From assembly GCA_049322255.1 (NCBI GenBank), contig JBMORE010000013.1, forward strand, positions 1-36,513: a DNA stretch of 36,513 nucleotides. The letters are read 5' to 3'. This document shows, piece after piece, positions 1 to 8,640 of this stretch. Made by a program: the position numbers and the translations under genes. A model generated the notes under the pieces. That model was given only the letters and a program-made list of their open reading frames with translations. It was not told the origin of the DNA and made no database searches. The DNA is from Myxococcota bacterium. Its GTDB lineage: Bacteria > Myxococcota > Myxococcia > Myxococcales > Myxococcaceae. Numbering within the stretch: the first letter of the stretch is position 1; each line of letters opens with the position of its first letter.

Positions 1-82
1 GAATTCAACCGCTTGGTTTGACACCTGAGCGAGCGGGCCGCTAGGTTCCCGCGCCCTTCCATCATCCGCTCAGAGGACTGCC

Positions 83-1264
83 ATGCCTACCGATTTTCTG
101 TTCACCTCCGAGTCTGTCACCGAGGGACACCCGGACAAGATCGCCGACCAAATCTCCGACGGAGTGCTCGACGCCATCATCGAGAAAGACCCGTACGGCC
201 GCGTGGCGGTGGAGACCCTGGTGAAGACCGGTCTGGCCATCGTCGCTGGGGAAGTGACCACCAGCTGCTACGTGGAGATTCCCCGCATCGTGCGCCAGAC
301 CATCTGCCGCATCGGCTACACCGACAGCTCGATGGGCTACGACGGCAATACCTGCGGGGTGATGGTGGCCATCGAGGGCCAGTCGCAGGACATCGCCCGG
401 GGGGTCGACTCCAAGCCCAAGAAGGAGCAAGGGGCCGGCGACCAGGGAATGATGTTCGGCTACGCCTGCGACGACACTCCCGAGCTGATGCCTGCCCCCA
501 TTTCCTTCGCCCACGCCCTCACCCGGAAGCTGGCCGACGTCCGCCGCAAGCAGCACCCGTGGATGCGACCCGACGGCAAGAGCCAGGTCACCGTGGAGTA
601 CAAGGACAACCGCCCGGTGCGCATCGACGCGGTGGTCGTCTCCACGCAGCACGCCGAAGAGGTCTCGAACAAGAAAATCCACGACGCGGTGATGGAGGAC
701 GTCATCCAGAAGGCGCTCCCCAAGAAGCTGGTGGACAGGAAGACCAAGTACTTCATCAACCCCACCGGCCGGTTCGTCATCGGCGGCCCGATGGGTGACT
801 CGGGCGTCACCGGGCGGAAAATCATCGTCGACACCTACGGCGGCATGGGCCGGCACGGGGGCGGAGCGTTCTCCGGCAAAGACCCCTCGAAGGTCGATCG
901 CTCCGCCGCGTACATGGGCCGCTACATCGCCAAGAACGTGGTGGCCGCCGGTCTGGCGCGCCGCTGCGAGGTGCAGGTGAGCTACGCCATCGGCGTCGCT
1001 GAGCCGGTGAGCGTGATGGTCGAGACCTTCGGCACCGCCGCCGTCGAGGAGGACAAAATCGCTCGCGCGGTGCGGCAGGTGTTCGGCCTCAAGCCACGGG
1101 AAATCATCGAGCACCTCGACCTGCTCCGCCCCATCTACCAGCGCACCGCCGCGTACGGGCACTTCGGGCGCTCCGAGAAGGAGTTCACCTGGGAGCGCAC
1201 CGACAAGAAGGACGCGCTGCGCGAGGCGGTGGGCACTTCGGTGCGGCTTCGAGTCGTCCCGTAG
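83..1264 (+). CDS. metK: S-adenosylmethionine synthetase
   Basis: 393 aa; [35 protein letters not shown] and TAAYGHFGR signatures; GAGGA RBS upstream. Confidence 0.98.
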   Translation: MPTDFLFTSESVTEGHPDKIADQISDGVLDAIIEKDPYGRVAVETLVKTGLAIVAGEVTTSCYVEIPRIVRQTICRIGYTDSSMGYDGNTCGVMVAIEGQSQDIARGVDSKPKKEQGAGDQGMMFGYACDDTPELMPAPISFAHALTRKLADVRRKQHPWMRPDGKSQVTVEYKDNRPVRIDAVVVSTQHAEEVSNKKIHDAVMEDVIQKALPKKLVDRKTKYFINPTGRFVIGGPMGDSGVTGRKIIVDTYGGMGRHGGGAFSGKDPSKVDRSAAYMGRYIAKNVVAAGLARRCEVQVSYAIGVAEPVSVMVETFGTAAVEEDKIARAVRQVFGLKPREIIEHLDLLRPIYQRTAAYGHFGRSEKEFTWERTDKKDALREAVGTSVRLRVVP

Positions 1265-1873
1265 ATGAGGGCCGAGCCCAAGTTTCCAATCTCAGACGCC
1301 CGCCGCCGCTACCCGCGTGCGGAGCTGCGGGTGAAGACTCGCCTGTTCGTCGCCGCCGACCGCCGCCGTCAATTCGAGGCGGTGTTGCCCACCTCCAACA
1401 TCAGCGTCGGAGGGGTGTTTCTCGAGAGCACTTTTTTTCTCAAGGTGGGGGTGGTGCTGGAGGTCGAGCTGCGCCTGCCCCCTGATGATCGCCTGGTGCG
1501 AGCGCGAGGGCGAGTGGTGCGGGTAGAGCAGGGCGGGCGCGGCAAATCGGGCTTCGCCGTCAAGTTCGAGCACTACTTCGACGGCAGTGAGCTGGTGCTG
1601 GCCCATTACTTTCTCTCCCCGGTGCTGCGCGAGTTCATCTTGGGGTATGCGAAGGAGCACCGGCACGACGCCACCCCCGACTACGTCGCCCACCTTGCTG
1701 ACGTGCTGACTGCCTGGGAGTTCACCAAGTCCACCTCGCCCGATGCGCTGTGGTTGGCGCAGCTCGAGCGGCGGCCCGGGGAGCCGGCAGCGAAGGCGGC
1801 TAGTTCTTCACGCTCGACAGCCGCGCCAGCTGCCCCGCGAAGTAGGAGCGCTGAGCCTCGACGGCGTGGATGA
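1265..1873 (+). CDS. PilZ-domain protein (myxobacterial type) with C-terminal extension
   Basis: RRRYPR (RxxxR) and NISVGG (D/NxSxxG) motifs, ARGRVVRVE, GFAVKF; ATG directly follows the metK stop. Confidence 0.8.
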   Translation: MRAEPKFPISDARRRYPRAELRVKTRLFVAADRRRQFEAVLPTSNISVGGVFLESTFFLKVGVVLEVELRLPPDDRLVRARGRVVRVEQGGRGKSGFAVKFEHYFDGSELVLAHYFLSPVLREFILGYAKEHRHDATPDYVAHLADVLTAWEFTKSTSPDALWLAQLERRPGEPAAKAASSSRSTAAPAAPRSRSAEPRRRG

Positions 1874-2123
1874 GCCGCACGCCCATGCCACCTTCCTCGG
1901 TGCGCACCACCTCGGCGGCCACCTCCACCGCAACCTCGATGCCCGGCAGCTGCACCTTGAGGACGCAGCGGGTGCCCACCGGGTGGGGACGCGTGGTGTG
2001 AATGAACATGCCCTCGAAGGAGACGTCGCGCGTCACCCCCAGCCGTTCGCTGCGCTTGTCCGCCACCGCCAGCGACAACCGCGTCCGCGGCGCCCGGCGG
2101 GTATTGGGGGGAGTCAGCTCCAT
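1800..2123 (-). CDS. Stand-alone PilZ-domain protein
   Basis: 107 aa; RRAPR and DVSFEG motifs, AEVVR...GMGVR strand pattern. Confidence 0.8.
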   Translation of the reverse strand: MELTPPNTRRAPRTRLSLAVADKRSERLGVTRDVSFEGMFIHTTRPHPVGTRCVLKVQLPGIEVAVEVAAEVVRTEEGGMGVRLIHAVEAQRSYFAGQLARLSSVKN

Positions 2124-2249
2124 GGGGGCCGCAGGTGAATATCAAGGAGAGAGACGCGGGCAAGCTCGTATTCACCTCGCTCGCCTTCCAAGCCGGCGCT
2201 CGTCGTGCACCTTGCTCCTGATGCGTTCGCGGATTAACAGCGTGCGGGC

Positions 2250-3098
2250 ATGACGCTTTTCGAGGCGGCGGTGCTGGGACTGGTGCAGGGGCTCACCGAG
2301 TTTTTGCCCATCAGCTCCACCGCGCACCTGCGCATCGTCCCCGCGCTCGTGGGGTGGAAAGACCCGGGGGCGGCGTATTCGGCGGTCATTCAGTTGGGAA
2401 CGGTGGCGTCGGTCATCATCTACTTCGCCAAGGACCTAGGGCGGCTCTCGCTGGCCTTCGTCGCCGGCGTGCGTGCGCGGCAACCCTTCGCCACCGTCGA
2501 TTCGCGGCTGGCCTGGTTCGTCTTCTTGGGCACCGTGCCCATCGGGGTGTGCGGCCTGTTGTTCAAGGACGCCATCGAGACTTGGCTGCGCTCGCTGTAC
2601 GTCATCTCCGGCTCGCTCATCGTGCTGGCGCTCATCCTCTTCGTGGTGGAGCGGGCGGCAAAGCATCGGCGCACGGTGGAGGAGATGACCTTCAAGGACG
2701 GGCTCGTCATCGGGGTGTGGCAGGCGCTGGCGCTCATCCCCGGTGCGTCACGCTCGGGCACCACCATCACCGGAGGGTTGGCGCAAGGCCTGCGCCGTGA
2801 GGATGCCGCGCGCTACTCCTTTCTCCTCTCCATTCCTGCCACCGCGCTGGCGGGCGTGTTCGAGCTCAAACACCTGCTCGAGGCCACCGAGCGGCCTTCC
2901 ACCGCGGCCTTGCTGGTGGGGACGGCGGTGGCGTTCGGCTCGGGAATGGCGGCCATCGCCGGGCTTTTGCGTTTCTTGCGCACGCGTACCACGTTGGTTT
3001 TCGTGGTGTATCGAGTGGTCTTGGGTGTGCTCCTGCTCGCGCTGGTTTACGCCGGAGTGCTTTCGCCGGAGGCCGGTCTTGCGGCTGGAGGCCCCTGA
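2250..3098 (+). CDS. uppP: Undecaprenyl-diphosphate phosphatase (BacA/UppP)
   Basis: GLVQGLTEFLPISSTAHL and LALIPGASRSGTTI motifs; multiple hydrophobic helices. Confidence 0.96.
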   Translation: MTLFEAAVLGLVQGLTEFLPISSTAHLRIVPALVGWKDPGAAYSAVIQLGTVASVIIYFAKDLGRLSLAFVAGVRARQPFATVDSRLAWFVFLGTVPIGVCGLLFKDAIETWLRSLYVISGSLIVLALILFVVERAAKHRRTVEEMTFKDGLVIGVWQALALIPGASRSGTTITGGLAQGLRREDAARYSFLLSIPATALAGVFELKHLLEATERPSTAALLVGTAVAFGSGMAAIAGLLRFLRTRTTLVFVVYRVVLGVLLLALVYAGVLSPEAGLAAGGP

Positions 3099-3100
3099 AA

Positions 3101-3697
3101 TTGGACCCGCTCTTCGAGCATCTGCGCGAGCGGCTTTCGCGCCACCCCGCGCGCGCCCTCAATCTCCCCGGAGTCTCTTTGCGGGAGTCGGCGGTGCTGG
3201 TGCCGCTGTTCTTGCGTGGGGGTGTGCCGCACGTGCTCTTCACCAAGCGGCCGATGACGCTGCGCAGCCACGCGGGGCAAATTTCCTTCCCCGGCGGGGC
3301 CCGCGACCCCGAAGACGCCACCTCGCTGCACACCGCGCTGCGGGAAACCTACGAGGAGCTGGGAGTGCCCGCTGAGCAGGTGGAAATCCTGGGGATGCTC
3401 GACGAGATTCCCACCATCTCCCGGTTTCGCGTCGTGCCCTACGTGGGTGTCATTCCCGGCAGCTGGGTGTATCGGCCCAGCGCGGAGGAGATTGAAGAAA
3501 TCATCGAGGCGCCGCTGCCGGCGCTGATGGACCCCGCCATTCACCGCGCGGAGAAGCGCTTCGTGGGGGAAGGAGAACGGAAAATCTACTTTTACGACTT
3601 CGGCCCCCACATCATCTGGGGCGCCACCGCGCGGATTCTGAAGGACCTCTTGCATCACATCGCCGAGCTGGCCGCGGGGTCGAGATTCAGGACCTAA
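3101..3697 (+). CDS. Nudix hydrolase, CoA pyrophosphatase (NudL/PCD1-like)
   Basis: SAVLVPL, LFTKR...LRSHAGQISFPGG, ALRETYEELG Nudix box, IWGATARIL; TTG start. Confidence 0.9.
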   Translation: MDPLFEHLRERLSRHPARALNLPGVSLRESAVLVPLFLRGGVPHVLFTKRPMTLRSHAGQISFPGGARDPEDATSLHTALRETYEELGVPAEQVEILGMLDEIPTISRFRVVPYVGVIPGSWVYRPSAEEIEEIIEAPLPALMDPAIHRAEKRFVGEGERKIYFYDFGPHIIWGATARILKDLLHHIAELAAGSRFRT

Positions 3698-3716
3698 AGA
3701 GCTCACCGTGCGCTCG

Positions 3717-3763
3717 TTGCTGCGGGTTTCTGCGGCCCCTATAATCTGACCAGAGTGGTCAGA
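3717..3763 (+). promoter_or_regulatory. Sigma70-type promoter with overlapping operator palindrome for the TA operon
   Basis: TTGCTG (3717-3722), 17-nt spacer, TATAAT (3740-3745); inverted repeat TCTGACCA-gag-TGGTCAGA at 3745-3763. Confidence 0.75.
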
Positions 3764-3777
3764 ATTCGGAGCCCGGC

Positions 3778-4029
3778 ATGGGAACTTGGCAAATACAGGA
3801 GGCGAAGGCGCATTTCTCCGAGGTCGTGAACGATGCGGAGCGGGAGGGGCCTCAGGAGATAACCCATCACGGGCGTTCGGTGGCGGTGGTTCTCTCCCGT
3901 GCGGAGTACGACCGCCTCGCGGGGACCGGCGAGTCGCTGGTCGAGTTCATGCGGCGCTCGCCTCTGTTCGGCCACGATGACGTCAAGCTGAGGAGGGACA
4001 AGAGTCTTATCCGCAAGGTGAAGTTCTGA
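3778..4029 (+). CDS. Phd/YefM-family antitoxin
   Basis: WQIQEAKAHFSEVV...GPQEITHHGRSVAVVLS pattern, 83 aa, immediately upstream of a PIN gene. Confidence 0.92.
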   Translation: MGTWQIQEAKAHFSEVVNDAEREGPQEITHHGRSVAVVLSRAEYDRLAGTGESLVEFMRRSPLFGHDDVKLRRDKSLIRKVKF

Positions 4030-4439
4030 GTTACCTCGTCGACACCAACGTGCTCTCGGAGCTGCGACGACGTCGGCCCAATCCCAGTGTGTCGGGATGG
4101 TTCTCTCAGCGACCAGCGACGACCCTCTACTTGAGCGTCTTGACCCTCGGGGAAATTCGCAAAGGCATCGAGGCCCTACCGGAGGGCGACCGCAGGTTTC
4201 GGCTGACGGATTGGCTCGAGGTGGATTTGCCGAGATTTTTCGGCGGCCGAATCCTGGCCGTGGATGCCTCCGTGGCTGACCGCTGGGGCCATCTGCTGGC
4301 AGTGGTGGGGCGCCCGGTGCCTGCCGTCGATAGCCTGCTCGCAGCCACTGCTCTGCATCATGGCTTGCGCCTGGTCACCCGCAACGCCCACGACTTCGCG
4401 TATCGCGGTCTCGAGGTCATCGACCCCTGGGTTGAATGA
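4026..4439 (+). CDS. vapC: VapC-family PIN-domain toxin (probable CTG start)
   Basis: (L)SYLVDTNVLSEL, TLGEIRKG, VDSLLAATA, LVTRNAHDF motifs; the ORF-track GTG at 4050 would lose the catalytic DTN motif. Confidence 0.9.
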   Translation: MSYLVDTNVLSELRRRRPNPSVSGWFSQRPATTLYLSVLTLGEIRKGIEALPEGDRRFRLTDWLEVDLPRFFGGRILAVDASVADRWGHLLAVVGRPVPAVDSLLAATALHHGLRLVTRNAHDFAYRGLEVIDPWVE

Positions 4440-4498
4440 GCCGTGCCTTGACGATGCGGGCGGCCTCCCATAAGCGCCTCATCGTTGCGGAGGGGTTC

Positions 4499-5569
4499 GT
4501 GAGCGAGCGGTTGTTCCCCGTCATCATCGCCGGCGGGTCCGGCACGCGTTTTTGGCCGTTGTCCCGCAAGGCGCGGCCGAAGCAGTTTCTTCCGCTCGCC
4601 TCCGACCGCCCGCTCATCGTGGAGACAGCCGCGCGGGTAGAGCACATCTCCCAGCGCAAAGACCGCTTCGTGGTGTGTGGGCGAGCCCACGCGGCGGCGG
4701 TGAAGCGGCTGACGAAGGCAGTGCCGGCAAAGAACGTGCTCGTCGAGCCGGTGGCGCGGAACACCGCTCCGGCGATCGGGCTGGCCACCGTGCACGTGGC
4801 GGCGCGCGACCCGCAAGGCGTGTTGGCGGTGCTGCCAGCCGACCAGCACGTGCGTGACGTGCCGAGCTTCCAGCAGGCGCTTCTGCGGGCGGCCGAGGCG
4901 GCGAAGCGTGGCGACATCGTCACCTTGGGCATTCGGCCTACCCGGGCCGAAACGGGCTACGGCTACATCCGTCGCGGAGTGCCGGTAGCCGCCGGCGTCG
5001 ACCGAGTGCAAGCGTTCGTGGAGAAGCCCGACGCCGGCACCGCGCAGCGCTACCTCGCCTCGGGCGAATACCTGTGGAACGCGGGCATCTTCGTCTTTCG
5101 CGCCGACGTGATGCTCGCCGCCTTCGAGCGTCACTTGCCCGAGCTGGCCGGCGGTTTGTCGCGCATCGCCGCCGCCCTCGGCACCCGCCGTTACCCCAAA
5201 GCCCTCGCCAAAGAGTTCCCCCGGCTTCCCTCCATCTCCATCGACTACGGGGTGGCGGAGAAGGCGCCCAACATCGCGGTGGTGCCGGGAGATTTCGGTT
5301 GGTCCGACGTCGGCTCGTTCAACGCCCTGCCCGACGTGCGCGCCGCCGACGAGGCGGGCAACGTGGTGCTGGGAGAGGGCGCCATCGTCCTCGACTCCCG
5401 AAGCAGCGTGGTGTTGGCCGGCGAGCGCCCGCTGGCGGTGGTGGGAATGAGCGACGTGGTGGTGGTCGACGCCGGCGACGCCGTGCTGGTTCTTCCCAAG
5501 GAGAAGAGCCAAGACGTGCGCAAGGTGGTGGCCCAGCTCGAGCAACGCGGGTGGAAACGCTACCTCTGA
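4499..5569 (+). CDS. manC: Mannose-1-phosphate guanylyltransferase
   Basis: PVIIAGGSGTRFWPLSRKARPKQFL, EPVARNTAPAI, FVEKPD, WNAGIF, SIDYGVAEK, WSDVGS; GGAGG RBS before GTG at 4499. Confidence 0.93.
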   Translation: MSERLFPVIIAGGSGTRFWPLSRKARPKQFLPLASDRPLIVETAARVEHISQRKDRFVVCGRAHAAAVKRLTKAVPAKNVLVEPVARNTAPAIGLATVHVAARDPQGVLAVLPADQHVRDVPSFQQALLRAAEAAKRGDIVTLGIRPTRAETGYGYIRRGVPVAAGVDRVQAFVEKPDAGTAQRYLASGEYLWNAGIFVFRADVMLAAFERHLPELAGGLSRIAAALGTRRYPKALAKEFPRLPSISIDYGVAEKAPNIAVVPGDFGWSDVGSFNALPDVRAADEAGNVVLGEGAIVLDSRSSVVLAGERPLAVVGMSDVVVVDAGDAVLVLPKEKSQDVRKVVAQLEQRGWKRYL

Positions 5570-5577
5570 CGGCGGCG

Positions 5578-5961
5578 CTACTTGATGAAGCGGATGGTGA
5601 GCGGATAGCGGTACGGCAGCCCCTGGTTGGCCTTCACCGCGGCGAGGATGATCACCACCACGCCGAAGAGGACGAGGCCGATGAGGAGGAAGACGCCGAT
5701 CACCACCAACACCAGCACCGCCGAAACGAGCATGTAGAGGGTGAGGCTGATTTGGAAGTTGAGCGCCTCTTTCCCGTGCTGGTTCACCAGCGGCATGGTG
5801 TCTTTCTTGAGTACCCAGACGAGCAGCGGACCCAAGACGTTGCCGAAGGGGATGACCCACCCTGCGAACGCCGAGAGGTGTGCGAGCATGGCCATCATCC
5901 GCTCGTCTTTTTGCGCCTGTGAGGGAAGGTCTGCTTGGACGGGCTGTAGAGGTGTCGTCAT
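5578..5961 (-). CDS. DUF4870-like small membrane protein
   Basis: ERMMAMLAHLS...GPLLVW...HGKEALNFQIS...YRYPLTIRFIK pattern; three hydrophobic segments. Confidence 0.85.
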   Translation of the reverse strand: MTTPLQPVQADLPSQAQKDERMMAMLAHLSAFAGWVIPFGNVLGPLLVWVLKKDTMPLVNQHGKEALNFQISLTLYMLVSAVLVLVVIGVFLLIGLVLFGVVVIILAAVKANQGLPYRYPLTIRFIK

Positions 5962-6043
5962 GACGCCATCGTAGACCAGCTCGCCCCACAAGGGGGCGAC
6001 GACGTGCTAAGCGGCCGGCGCACGCCTACGAGGAGCGACTTCG

Positions 6044-7414
6044 ATGAACCCACACATCTTTCGCGAGTACGACATCCGCGGGCTGGTCGACAAAGACCTC
6101 ACCGTCGACGTGGTGGAGAAGCTGGGCAAGGCGCTGGGCACCACGGTGGCGCGCGCCGGCGGACGCTCGGTGGTGGTGGGGCGCGACTGCCGCGAGAGCT
6201 CGACCCGCTTTCGCGAGGCGCTCTGCAAGGGCATCACCTCTACCGGCGTTCACGTCACCGACATCGGGGTGGTGCCTACGCCGCTCACCTACTTCGCGGC
6301 CAACACTCTCCCCGTCGACGGGCTGGCGATGATTACCGGCAGCCACAACCCGCCCGAGTACAACGGCTTCAAGATGGGGCTGGGGAAGACCACCTTCCAC
6401 GGCCACGACATTCAGGCCCTGCGCCGGCTCATCGAGAGCGGCGACTTCGCGGTGGGCGCGCAGCCGGGAAAGGTGAGCGAATTCGACATCGTCACCCCCT
6501 ACAACCACTTCGTGCGACAGACGGTGAAGGTGGGCCGCAAGGGCATGCGCATCGTCATCGATGCGGGCAATGGCACCGGAGGCGAGGTCGCCGTGCCGCT
6601 CTTCCGCTCGATGGGCTTCGACGTGGTGCCGCTCTTCTGCGAGATGGATGCCACCTTTCCCCATCACCATCCCGACCCCACGGTGCTCGACAACTTGAAG
6701 GATTTGATCGCCGCGGTGAAGAAGGAGAAGGCCGAGGTGGGCATCGCCTACGACGGCGACGCCGACCGCATTGGGGTGATTGACGACCAGGGCACCGTGC
6801 TGTGGGGAGACCAGCTGATGGTGCTCTTCGCTCGTGACGTGCTCAAGGAATCACCCGGGGCGGCCATCGTCGGAGAGGTAAAGTGCTCGTACACCCTCTA
6901 CGACGACATCGCGGCCAAGGGCGGCAAGCCGGTGATGTGGAAGGCCGGCCACTCGCTCATCAAGGCGAAGATGAAAGAGGAGCACGCCGAGCTGGCCGGC
7001 GAGATGAGCGGGCACATCTTCTTCAAGAACCGCTACTTCGGCTTCGACGACGCGGTTTACTCCTCGGCGCGGCTGCTGGAGATTCTCACCCACGAGAAAA
7101 AGCCGCTCTCGGCGCTGCTGGCCGACGTGCCCAAGACCTTCGCCTCGCCCGAGATACGGGTGGACACGGTGGAGGAAAAGAAGTTCGACATCGTGCGCCG
7201 CGCCACCGAGCTGCTCCGGCAGGCGGGGCACAAGCTGGTCGACGTCGACGGGGTGCGGGTGACCTTCCCCGATGGCTGGGGCCTCATCCGCGCCTCGAAC
7301 ACGCAGCCCATCCTCGTCCTGCGCTTCGAGGCCAAGACGAAAGAACGCCTCGCCGAGATTCAGAAACTCATCGAGTCGACGGTGGACAAGGCGCGCAAAG
7401 ACGTAGGCGGCTGA
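6044..7414 (+). CDS. Phosphomannomutase/phosphoglucomutase (AlgC-like)
   Basis: IFREYDIRG, MITGSHNP (phospho-Ser), DGDADR metal loop, GEMSGH, RASNTQP; GAGGAG RBS. Confidence 0.96.
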   Translation: MNPHIFREYDIRGLVDKDLTVDVVEKLGKALGTTVARAGGRSVVVGRDCRESSTRFREALCKGITSTGVHVTDIGVVPTPLTYFAANTLPVDGLAMITGSHNPPEYNGFKMGLGKTTFHGHDIQALRRLIESGDFAVGAQPGKVSEFDIVTPYNHFVRQTVKVGRKGMRIVIDAGNGTGGEVAVPLFRSMGFDVVPLFCEMDATFPHHHPDPTVLDNLKDLIAAVKKEKAEVGIAYDGDADRIGVIDDQGTVLWGDQLMVLFARDVLKESPGAAIVGEVKCSYTLYDDIAAKGGKPVMWKAGHSLIKAKMKEEHAELAGEMSGHIFFKNRYFGFDDAVYSSARLLEILTHEKKPLSALLADVPKTFASPEIRVDTVEEKKFDIVRRATELLRQAGHKLVDVDGVRVTFPDGWGLIRASNTQPILVLRFEAKTKERLAEIQKLIESTVDKARKDVGG

Positions 7415-7420
7415 CGCGCC

Positions 7421-7624
7421 TCACTCCGGGTCGGAGCGCCGCGGGCCGGAGAGCACGCCGAAGAGGCCTCCCAGCGCCCCCAACGTTCCGGCGACCTCAG
7501 GCCGACACAAGAGGCTGCACGAGCCGCCGACGCGGGCGAAGAGTTGCCCCACACCGATGACCAGGAGCCCCCCGGCGACTGCGGCGCCGAGGGCGAGAAG
7601 CATTCGTCGAGCAGTGGAACCCAT
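7421..7624 (-). CDS. Small membrane protein (67 aa) with CxxxC motif
   Basis: MGSTARRMLLALGAAVAGGLLVIGVG...GGSCSLLCRPEVAGTLGALGGLFG; two hydrophobic stretches; AGGAAG upstream of ATG 7624. Confidence 0.55.
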   Translation of the reverse strand: MGSTARRMLLALGAAVAGGLLVIGVGQLFARVGGSCSLLCRPEVAGTLGALGGLFGVLSGPRRSDPE

Positions 7625-7686
7625 GCGTCTTCCTATGCCCAAGGCCCGCGCCCGTCGCAACCCATTCTGCGCTAGCGTCGAGCGCC

Positions 7687-8640
7687 GTGGACGAGGGCTC
7701 CTTGACGTTGGGAATCGACCTGGGAGGCACCAACGCCCGTGCCGCGGTCGTCGACGCGGCCGGCCATGTGCTGGCCTCGGCACGGCTGCCCCTTTCCGAG
7801 CGAACCCCTTCGGCAGTGGTCGATGTCGTGTGCGCCGCTGCCCACCTCGCCCTTCAATCCGCGCAGCGCGATGTTCGTGGCTGTGGCGTCGGAGTGGCCG
7901 GACAGCTGCGTGGGGAAACCGGCGTGGTGGCGGTTGCTCCCAACTTGGGCTGGCGCGACGTTCCGTTCGGCAAGCTCCTCCAAGAGCGCCTGGGTTACTC
8001 GGTGCGGGTGGTGAACGACCTTTCCGCCGCCGCCTGGGGCGAGATACAGGTGGGCACGGCGCGCGGAGCCTCCGAGGTCCTCACCGTCTTCGTCGGCTCG
8101 GGCGTGGGCAGCGCCATCGTCACCCACGGGCGTCTGGTCAGCGGCGCCCAGGGCTTTGCTGGCGAGCTCGGCCACGTCAAGGTGGTGCGCGACGGGCGGC
8201 TCTGCGGCTGCGGCGAGCGCGGCTGCCTGGAGGCATACGTGGGGGGACACGCCCTCCTCGCCCAGATGAAAGAAGCGCTCTTGGGTGACGTGCCCACCCT
8301 CTTGCGCGAGAAGGTGAAGGGAGATTTGACCAAGCTGAGCGCAGCGGTCCTCGAGGAGGCGGCGCTCGAGGGTGACGCGGTGGCGAAAGACATCTACGAG
8401 CGCGCAGCAGGCCACCTGGGCCTCGCCGTCGCCAATCAGGTCACGGTGCTCAACCCGGCGCACCTGGTGCTGGGCGGCGGAGTGCTCTCCCACTGCCCCC
8501 ATTTGCGCGAGCGCGTCGGTGAAGCCGTGGAGTGTTTCTCCTCGCACACGAGTCGCGAGGGGCTGAAGATTTCGCCCGCCGCCTTGAGAGACGACAGCGG
8601 CATCGTCGGTGCGGCTCTTCTCGCCCGGGAGTTGCGATGA
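7687..8640 (+). CDS. ROK-family sugar kinase (glucokinase-like)
   Basis: GIDLGGT, NDLSAAAWGE, GELGH and CGCGERGCLEAY Zn motif. Confidence 0.93.
   Translation: MDEGSLTLGIDLGGTNARAAVVDAAGHVLASARLPLSERTPSAVVDVVCAAAHLALQSAQRDVRGCGVGVAGQLRGETGVVAVAPNLGWRDVPFGKLLQERLGYSVRVVNDLSAAAWGEIQVGTARGASEVLTVFVGSGVGSAIVTHGRLVSGAQGFAGELGHVKVVRDGRLCGCGERGCLEAYVGGHALLAQMKEALLGDVPTLLREKVKGDLTKLSAAVLEEAALEGDAVAKDIYERAAGHLGLAVANQVTVLNPAHLVLGGGVLSHCPHLRERVGEAVECFSSHTSREGLKISPAALRDDSGIVGAALLARELR

Noticed and set aside
1..82. Possible SAM riboswitch upstream of metK
   Set aside because: Only 82 nt are visible and no SAM-I or SAM-II consensus was recognisable.
5981..5999. Hairpin TCGCCCC-ACAAG-GGGGCGA between divergent DUF4870 and PMM genes
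   Set aside because: A single 7-bp GC-rich stem with no U-tract and no second copy; not distinguishable from chance.
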